Shown here piece by piece: positions 53,679-64,000 of a DNA stretch of 64,000 bases; within the stretch, counting starts at the first letter, position 1, and each line of letters begins with the position of its first letter. The position numbers and the translations under genes are program-made. The stretch covers positions 36,484 to 100,483 of the forward strand of contig CAMAUX010000010.1 of the NCBI GenBank assembly GCA_945861435.1. The letters run 5' to 3'. The notes beneath the pieces were generated by a model. The model saw only the letters and a program-made list of their open reading frames with translations, ran no database searches and was not told the DNA's origin. This DNA is from Chthoniobacter flavus. GTDB lineage: Bacteria > Verrucomicrobiota > Verrucomicrobiia > Chthoniobacterales > Chthoniobacteraceae.

Positions 53679-55232
53679 CTACCTCCAACCCCGGCGGGCC
53701 TCACGGATGAGATCGGCATAGGCTTCGGGGGCGCGATCCCCGAGATGGTCCGACGCCACTCGGCCCAGGCCCTCGTCGTAATTGAGGGTGTAAAGGCCGA
53801 ACCGCGGGGTGTACGTCCCCCACTCGTAATTGTCGAAAAGCGACCAGTGCAGGTAGCCCAGGAGCGGCACCCCCTCTTTCACGATCCGGGCCACCTCGTG
53901 CACCTGCAGGCGCAGGAAGTCGCTGCGCTTGAGCCGGTCCCGCCTGTGCCGATGCCACTCCTCCCCGCGCCTTCGGCGAAGGGCCATGCCATTCTCCGCA
54001 ATCAACACTGGCCGCCCGAAGTCCCGCGCGTACTCCTTGCAAAAAAAGTGGAGTCCCCGAGGCAGCACCCGCCAGTCCCACCACTTGCTGGTTACCGTCG
54101 CCATCACCCAGGAGGGGACCGAGCCATGCCGGAACTCATGGTCCCATAGCACCGGCAACCGGAGCAGGTGTGCGAGGAACGGGTCGTAGTAATCCAATCC
54201 CACAAAGTCGAGGCATCCGCTTTGTGGCATTTCCTCCACCGCATTCAGTACCGGCGCAAAATCCTCCGCCCGGAACTTTTGTATCCCCAGCCAGTCCACC
54301 ACCCGCTTCGCGGCAGAGCCCAGATGGAAGGCAAAGTCGTGGTGCAACGGGATCCGGGCTTCGCGGAAAGCCGTTGCGAACTGGGACGCCTTCTCGCGGA
54401 TGTGCGTGTCCAGGCCCGCCCGGGGCACACGGCGCTCGCGGAAGCAGAGGAGATCGAGCAGCATTTTGTCGGACCAATACAGGTCGCTGCAGTAATTGTT
54501 GAAGCTCACCTGCGGGGCCGCCCAGCCCCGATCCCGGTAAAGCTGGTGAATCACTCCGTAGGCGAGCACATGCGCACGCAGCAGCTCGGAGATCGCACGC
54601 ACCGCCGATCCAAGGCCCCCCGCGGCTGCCCGCGGAAACAGGCCGCCAAGGTAGGTGTTGAGCACGAGCATGTTTGGCTCATTCACCGTGATCAGCCAGC
54701 GCAGCGGACGCTCCAAGCGCGGATTGATATACTCCAGCAGCCTCCGCACATGGCTGGCAAAAAGCGGCGCTGTCGATTCCTCCAACCACGGGTCGCTCCC
54801 CAGCCATGATGGGTGGGTAAAGTGATGGAGCGTCACCACCGGCTCCAGTCCGCGGCGCATGCACGCCCGCAGCATCCGCACATATCCGTCCAATGCGGCG
54901 ACGTCGTACGGACGAGTCTTCTCCGTCCCGTCCGCAGGCGGGCGCAGAACATCGATCGGACTGCACGAGAGGCCGGCCCGTGCGGGGATCCGCTCCGGCT
55001 GGACCCGCGCCCATTCCACCCCCAGTCGGAATGCGTTGAGACCCAGTCCTGCTGCGAGGGCGAAGTCCTCCTCGTATCGGTGCCAGAAATCCGCCGCGTC
55101 CCCGCAGACCGCAACCTCCCCGCCGGCCTCGAGTTCGCCCCAGTTGTTCTGCGGACCATCGGGCCGATTGTAGCCGCCCTCCGCTTGGTAGGCCGAGGTC
55201 GCCACGCCCCACAAAAATTCCGTCTCACGCAT
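53679..55232 (-). CDS. glycoside hydrolase family 1 (beta-glucosidase-like)
   Basis: FLWGVATSAYQAEGG, TLHHFTHPSW, acid/base ITVNEPN and nucleophile IAENGMA are all present. I prefer the ATG at 55232 (MRETEFLWG). Confidence 0.9.
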   Translation of the reverse strand: MRETEFLWGVATSAYQAEGGYNRPDGPQNNWGELEAGGEVAVCGDAADFWHRYEEDFALAAGLGLNAFRLGVEWARVQPERIPARAGLSCSPIDVLRPPADGTEKTRPYDVAALDGYVRMLRACMRRGLEPVVTLHHFTHPSWLGSDPWLEESTAPLFASHVRRLLEYINPRLERPLRWLITVNEPNMLVLNTYLGGLFPRAAAGGLGSAVRAISELLRAHVLAYGVIHQLYRDRGWAAPQVSFNNYCSDLYWSDKMLLDLLCFRERRVPRAGLDTHIREKASQFATAFREARIPLHHDFAFHLGSAAKRVVDWLGIQKFRAEDFAPVLNAVEEMPQSGCLDFVGLDYYDPFLAHLLRLPVLWDHEFRHGSVPSWVMATVTSKWWDWRVLPRGLHFFCKEYARDFGRPVLIAENGMALRRRRGEEWHRHRRDRLKRSDFLRLQVHEVARIVKEGVPLLGYLHWSLFDNYEWGTYTPRFGLYTLNYDEGLGRVASDHLGDRAPEAYADLIREARRGWR

Positions 55233-55376
55233 TGCAGAAAAAGGCGCTTCTAATCTGGAGAAGCTGCGTTCGCATTTGGGGCATCCCGGCATTTGTGAGG
55301 AGTGTTCGGCCCTGACGCCAAATCACCACGCTCCCATGTCTGCGCGTTGCATTGGGTTTCGTGCATGCTGGTTTGA

Positions 55377-56687
55377 TCACCCGCGGGCAGTGGCAAGAGC
55401 GGACTCCTCGCACTTCCCGCGACCGAACATCTCCGGCAAAAGTCCGCCGTCGGCATCCTCCAGTACCTGCTGCACCACGCAGCGTGCAGCCTCTGGGCGC
55501 CCCATGCGAAGGGCTCTGGCGGCCATGGCGGCGAGGCGGTCGGGATCCTTGAGCAGCATGCCGAGTTTGTAGGGAAGGGAAGTCATCTCGTTGCACCGGA
55601 TGGCGACTCCCTCCTCAAGAAGATGGTCGCTGTTGCGCTCCTCCTGCCCGGGGATGGGCGCCACCACGACCATCGGCAACCCGCAGGCGAGCGCCTCGGA
55701 GCTCGTCATCCCACCAGGCTTGCCCACGAGCACATCGCACGATCGCATCAACTCGTGGATCCGCGTGCTGTAACCGAGGACCCGGAATCCCGGGCGCCCC
55801 CGGACCATCTCTGCGATTCGCGAGCGCAGGGGCTCGCTGCGGCCGCAGACAACGACCACCTGGGCGGAGTCTTCCAGCTCGCACAGGCGCTCAACGAGTA
55901 GTTCCATCGGCCCCACGCCAAGTGCCCCGGCTGATGCGAGAACCGTCCTGCGGCCGGGATCGAGCCCCATCGATCCAAGGACTGAGCTCCGGTCCACTTC
56001 ATGGCCGAACGCCGCACTTACCGGGATCCCGCTGGCAGTGATTCTGTCCGCAGGAAACCCGAGGGCCTCCAGATGCGCACGAGTTTCCCCGAGCGCGACA
56101 AAGTAACGGTGAAAGACCCTGGTCAGCCACATGGCATGACAGTCGAAATCCGTCACCACGATGGAGAGGGTTCCCGCGAACTCGCCGCGTGCAAGCAGGC
56201 CGGCGACCAGTCCCGCGGGCATGAAATGGGTGCACACCACCACATCGGGTGCGAAATCCCGTAGCAGTCGCACCAGAGGCTGGGTGTTGAGCCGGTCGAA
56301 CCGCAGTCGCAGCGCCTCGTTGCGCCAGGGCTCGTCGCTCACATGGTAGGCTAGGCCCAGCAGCGTGGGCGCGCTTCTCACAAGGCGCGTGTAGAGGTCC
56401 GAGTATAGCTCCCGGAACAACCGAGTGCAGTGCTCCAACGCGTCCTCATGGCGCACCTCCGCCACCCGCCCGTCCCGGACAAACGCCTCCCTCAGCGCAT
56501 CTCCGCAGCGCACATGACCGGTGCCTGCGCTGGCCGAAAGCACCAGGACGCGCCTTCCAGGAGCGGCTATCCGCCCCCCGTGCCCCTCGAGCCCCCCGCG
56601 CTCCTCATTCCGCGAGGTTTCGCCGGAAGATGCCTCTTCCCTGTCCGTTTCCCGACATTCTGTCCCATCAAAAATTTCCAAACCCAA
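55377..56687 (-). CDS. MGDG-synthase-like / GT28 glycosyltransferase (UgtP-type diacylglycerol glycosyltransferase family)
   Basis: RVLVLSASAGTGHVRCGDALREAF is the MGDG_synth N-terminal block, and VGKPGGMTSSEALACGLPMVVVAPIPGQEERNSDHL is the GT28 C-terminal block. The start is uncertain: the listed start is a TTG and the first ~45 aa are low-complexity. Confidence 0.8.
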   Translation of the reverse strand: MGLEIFDGTECRETDREEASSGETSRNEERGGLEGHGGRIAAPGRRVLVLSASAGTGHVRCGDALREAFVRDGRVAEVRHEDALEHCTRLFRELYSDLYTRLVRSAPTLLGLAYHVSDEPWRNEALRLRFDRLNTQPLVRLLRDFAPDVVVCTHFMPAGLVAGLLARGEFAGTLSIVVTDFDCHAMWLTRVFHRYFVALGETRAHLEALGFPADRITASGIPVSAAFGHEVDRSSVLGSMGLDPGRRTVLASAGALGVGPMELLVERLCELEDSAQVVVVCGRSEPLRSRIAEMVRGRPGFRVLGYSTRIHELMRSCDVLVGKPGGMTSSEALACGLPMVVVAPIPGQEERNSDHLLEEGVAIRCNEMTSLPYKLGMLLKDPDRLAAMAARALRMGRPEAARCVVQQVLEDADGGLLPEMFGRGKCEESALATARG

Positions 56688-56940
56688 AGCAACGCCTCCC
56701 TACCCGTTTCCGCCTTCTTTTTATCCGCTTTGAAAAATCAACCGGTCAACGTCTCTTCCATGTCTCCATGCGCTCTACGAGGCCCGCATGCCGCGTCTCC
56801 AGCGGTCCCGAGAATGGGGCCCGGAATGCATGCAGAGACTCCCGAAGCACTCGTATCCACGGTTCATTCCCGCGGACCATCTTGGACCCACTCTTCTACC
56901 CCTTGGATTCCGCCTTTCACCAAGCGCACAGTGTCCATTT

Positions 56941-57025
56941 CCACCCCTTTTCTTTTTTTTCCCGGTTTTTTCCTCTTTTTCCGCCTTTTTTTTGCTCCTT
57001 TATTGCTCCTTTCTGCTTTCTGCCC
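56941..57025. repeat. polypyrimidine (plus strand) / polypurine (minus strand) low-complexity tract
   Basis: The sequence is ccaccccttttcttttttttcccggttttttcctctttttccgccttttttttgctcctttattgctcctttctgctttctgccc. It has two T8 runs plus T6 and T5 runs, and TTGCTCCTTT occurs twice. This is very atypical for the surrounding G+C-rich DNA. Confidence 0.85.
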
Positions 57026-57098
57026 GGCTCACGCCTGCTCTGTTTTAACTCCCCCCACATATAGAAGATCGCGGGCGGCGCACCGGGCGGACGCTTCG

Positions 57099-58901
57099 TT
57101 AAGGCAGACAGGCCCGAAGATTCCAACCCGCCGCCTCCAAGCGCGCCCGAGCCTCCTGCGCCGATACACTCATCGCCGCCACCAGCGACCGCACCGCACG
57201 CTCCTGCAGCTTCTGGTTGGACACCCCAAGGTCCGCCATCGTGTTCCCCCGGACGCGCCCCAGCCGGACCATGGCCCCGGTGCTGATCAAGTTCAGCGCC
57301 ACTTTTGTCGCCGTACCCGCCTTGAGGCGCGTCGAGCCTGTCACTAGTTCCGGCCCTGTCGGCAGATCCACCTCCACATCCCATTCCGCGCCGGAGCGCA
57401 CCCTTGCAGGATTGCAGCTGAGCAGGATGGTGCGGGCGCCGTTCTCCCGGGCCTTCGCCAGCGCCCCGAGGACGAATGGCGTGCGACCGCTGGCCGTGAT
57501 CCCACAAACCACATCGCCACTGCGCACCCCGCGTTCCTTCACGGCCAGTGCGCCTGCCTCAGGATGATCTTCGGCCCCTTCCACCGCGCCCTGCAGCGCA
57601 GCGGCCCCGCCGGCCATGATTCCCTGCACACGCTCCGGCGGCATTCCGAAGGTGGGTGGAATCTCGCTCGCATCGAGCACGCCGAGTCGGCCGCTTGTGC
57701 CTGCGCCCACATAAAAAAGGCGGCCTCTTCCCTGCAGGGCCGCTGCCGCCACGTCCAGTGCGCGCCCGAGCGGTTCCTGTGCAGCCTGTAAAGCGCGGGC
57801 CACCATCTCCTCTTCGGTGACAAAGAGAGCCACGAATTCACTGGTGGAAAGTTCATCAAGACGTTCCGAGCGCGGGTTGGACTGCTCCGTGGCGGCCCCC
57901 GCCAGTTCCCGTTCCAATGCCTCGCGCGCACCTGCGGCGCCGCCGTCTGCTGCCGCTGCGGATAACGCGACAGCCCTGTCTAGCGGCCCTGTGGGATTCG
58001 CGGAGATGAAGGAAACTGCAAAGCGGGAGGCCAGCCACGCGGCGCCACGTGCGCCCGGCTCCGTACAAATGGCCACGGTGGCCTTCGGCAGCAGCACGCT
58101 GAGCCGATAACTATACAGCGCGCGATAGTCCGGGTGATGCGCAAACAGCCCCCCGAACAACCGCACCTGGGGCGCCGTGACGCCGAGGCGGACTGCGACC
58201 GCGTGAGTGTACTCGGCAAGCACACCTGCATCGGCTTGCAACACCTGCAGCATCTCGGCCTCCCCCTCGCGTGCGGCGGCAAAGATGCAAGGGGCGAGCC
58301 GTGCCACGGACATCTTGTCTGCCTGCATCACCCATTGCACCAGATCCTGCAGGCGGTTGAGTCCGAGCGTCCGCAGAATGGTCTCCGCCAACGGGGTGAT
58401 CCTCTGGTGGAGGTCGTAAAGGTTCAGCACCTTCCGCAGCCCCTGCATCGCGATGTGGTAGCCGCCTCCGAGATCCCCGAGCAATTGCCCCCAGCCGCCC
58501 GCCTTCTCCACGCGCCCACCTGCGCGCCCATGAACGGCGGCGCCCGTCCCCGCGATCACCGCGATGCCGTCCCCGTCGCCAAATGCCGCCGCCATCGCCG
58601 AGTCTCGGTCGCTTCCCACCCATGCGGGGATCCCGGGCCAGCGTTCCTGCACAAGCCCCTGCAGACGGCTCCGGTCATCCTCTGTGGCGCAGCCTGCGAG
58701 GCACGCGCCCACCGCATCCACATCCCCCGGAAGTTCACGGAAAAGAGTGCGCAGCGCCTCGTCCGTCGTGAGGCGCAGGTTGGACGCCGGGAGCCGTCCC
58801 CCCGCCTCCACACGCCATCCGTCGCCCTCCTGCACCTCCTGCACCCATTCGGTTTTAGTGCCGCCGCCTTCTATCCCTAGGACGCGCTTTGGACTTTGCA
58901 T
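57099..58901 (-). CDS. murQ: fusion of a BadF-type sugar kinase (MurK/GlcNAc-kinase-like) and N-acetylmuramic acid 6-phosphate etherase
   Basis: I prefer the ATG at 58901 (MQSPKRVLGIEGGGTKTEW, the BadF/BadG/BcrA/BcrD ATPase motif). The C-terminal ~300 aa are MurQ/SIS: GRLFYVGAGTSGRLGVLDASEIPPTFG, GITASGRTPFV, TGSTRLKAGTATKVALNLISTG. The upstream 65 codons of the listed ORF are antisense to vanZ. Confidence 0.85.
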   Translation of the reverse strand: MQSPKRVLGIEGGGTKTEWVQEVQEGDGWRVEAGGRLPASNLRLTTDEALRTLFRELPGDVDAVGACLAGCATEDDRSRLQGLVQERWPGIPAWVGSDRDSAMAAAFGDGDGIAVIAGTGAAVHGRAGGRVEKAGGWGQLLGDLGGGYHIAMQGLRKVLNLYDLHQRITPLAETILRTLGLNRLQDLVQWVMQADKMSVARLAPCIFAAAREGEAEMLQVLQADAGVLAEYTHAVAVRLGVTAPQVRLFGGLFAHHPDYRALYSYRLSVLLPKATVAICTEPGARGAAWLASRFAVSFISANPTGPLDRAVALSAAAADGGAAGAREALERELAGAATEQSNPRSERLDELSTSEFVALFVTEEEMVARALQAAQEPLGRALDVAAAALQGRGRLFYVGAGTSGRLGVLDASEIPPTFGMPPERVQGIMAGGAAALQGAVEGAEDHPEAGALAVKERGVRSGDVVCGITASGRTPFVLGALAKARENGARTILLSCNPARVRSGAEWDVEVDLPTGPELVTGSTRLKAGTATKVALNLISTGAMVRLGRVRGNTMADLGVSNQKLQERAVRSLVAAMSVSAQEARARLEAAGWNLRACLP

Positions 58902-58910
58902 GATCCCACT

Positions 58911-61599
<2,689 letters not shown>

Positions 61600-61651
61600 A
61601 ATCCGAAGGCGCGCGGGGCGATGAGTTCTGCGCGAGGAGAGCGCGGTTCTC

Positions 61652-62110
61652 TCATTCCGCCTCTGAGTGCTTCGCCGGCTTGCGTTGCGGGTAGACGTGC
61701 CATGCGAGCCGGACGCGCGAGCGTGGATTCACGATGATCTGGTCGTGGATCACGCCATCGATGAGCGCGAGGGCGTGTCCTGTGGCGCAGACATAAAAGC
61801 GGCCTTTGGGATGCAGTTCGACGAACCGTTCGACGGTGATGCGGCCGGGCTTTGGGAGCCGCACAATCCGTGAGCGGATGCCAATGCGACGAGCTTCGTG
61901 GATGATGCATCCAGAGCTGAAGCCGGTGCCGCGTCGGCGACCGACGGCGACTCCGAGGGAATAGGCGAGCTTGTACGAGATGCGTCCCGCCACGGCGATG
62001 GCCACGATGGTGCAATTGTGTCGATCGACGATGCCAGAGCTGCTGAGGCCGCCGTCGGTGATGCGGGTGGGGAGCATGGTGCGCGCATCTTGCGGAGGAG
62101 GGTGGGACAA
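61652..62110 (-). CDS. hypothetical small protein with a Cys...His papain-like pattern
   Basis: 152 aa (or a start at ATG 62077). It contains DRHNCTIVAIAVA and, about 90 aa later, FYVCATGHALALIDGVIHD. The family was not recognised. Confidence 0.5.
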   Translation of the reverse strand: MSHPPPQDARTMLPTRITDGGLSSSGIVDRHNCTIVAIAVAGRISYKLAYSLGVAVGRRRGTGFSSGCIIHEARRIGIRSRIVRLPKPGRITVERFVELHPKGRFYVCATGHALALIDGVIHDQIIVNPRSRVRLAWHVYPQRKPAKHSEAE

Positions 62111-62203
62111 ATGATGTCCGTTGCTCCGGGCGGGGGCGGTTCGTAGGAGCCGGAGCGGCTCGGCCGCTGGGGAGGGGCGCGTGGAGCGGCGTTCGCGCGC
62201 TAT

Positions 62204-64000
<1,797 letters not shown>

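Noticed and set aside
56864-56938. 24-codon minus-strand ORF (MDTVRLVKGGIQGVEEWVQDGPRE) just after the polypurine tract, as a leader peptide
   Set aside because: Nothing supports it beyond an ATG preceded by a purine-rich stretch, and there is no recognisable attenuator logic. I did not list it as a feature.

Overview
High-G+C bacterial chromosomal segment with visibly GC-rich third codon positions and many long antisense shadow ORFs. It is most likely from the PVC superphylum (Verrucomicrobiota/Planctomycetota). That assignment is an inference from three copies of PVC-typical gene pairs: DUF1592/1588+DUF1552 once, and PSCyt/DUF1549/DUF1553+DUF1501 twice. About 45 protein genes can be supported. 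They include a recC-recB-recD operon (19.6-28.1 kb), a YdeP-type molybdoenzyme, ligA, lepB, a fused M16 peptidase, fdhD and a sulfatase/SOUL/oxidoreductase cluster. They also include a GH1 + MGDG-synthase-like pair, a kinase-MurQ fusion and a U32 peptidase that runs off the right edge. I recognised no rRNA, tRNA, CRISPR array, transposase or integrase. The region least explained by ordinary genes is 30.0-34.3 kb. There, two ~130-nt elements (31266-31393 and 33568-33695) differ by substitutions that preserve four helices. They bracket an 11-unit 15-nt tandem array, a GYF-domain gene and yceH (DUF480), and are followed by ~630 nt of structured non-coding DNA. Next to this lies a secreted, internally duplicated HExxH protein, divergent from an orphan ATP-grasp gene with a perfect 14-bp palindrome in its promoter. 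Other oddities are a decayed, A/T-richer patch (41.76-44.86 kb), an ~85-nt polypyrimidine tract and a terminator abutting a start codon. All calls come from reading the sequence and ORF translations; no searches were run.
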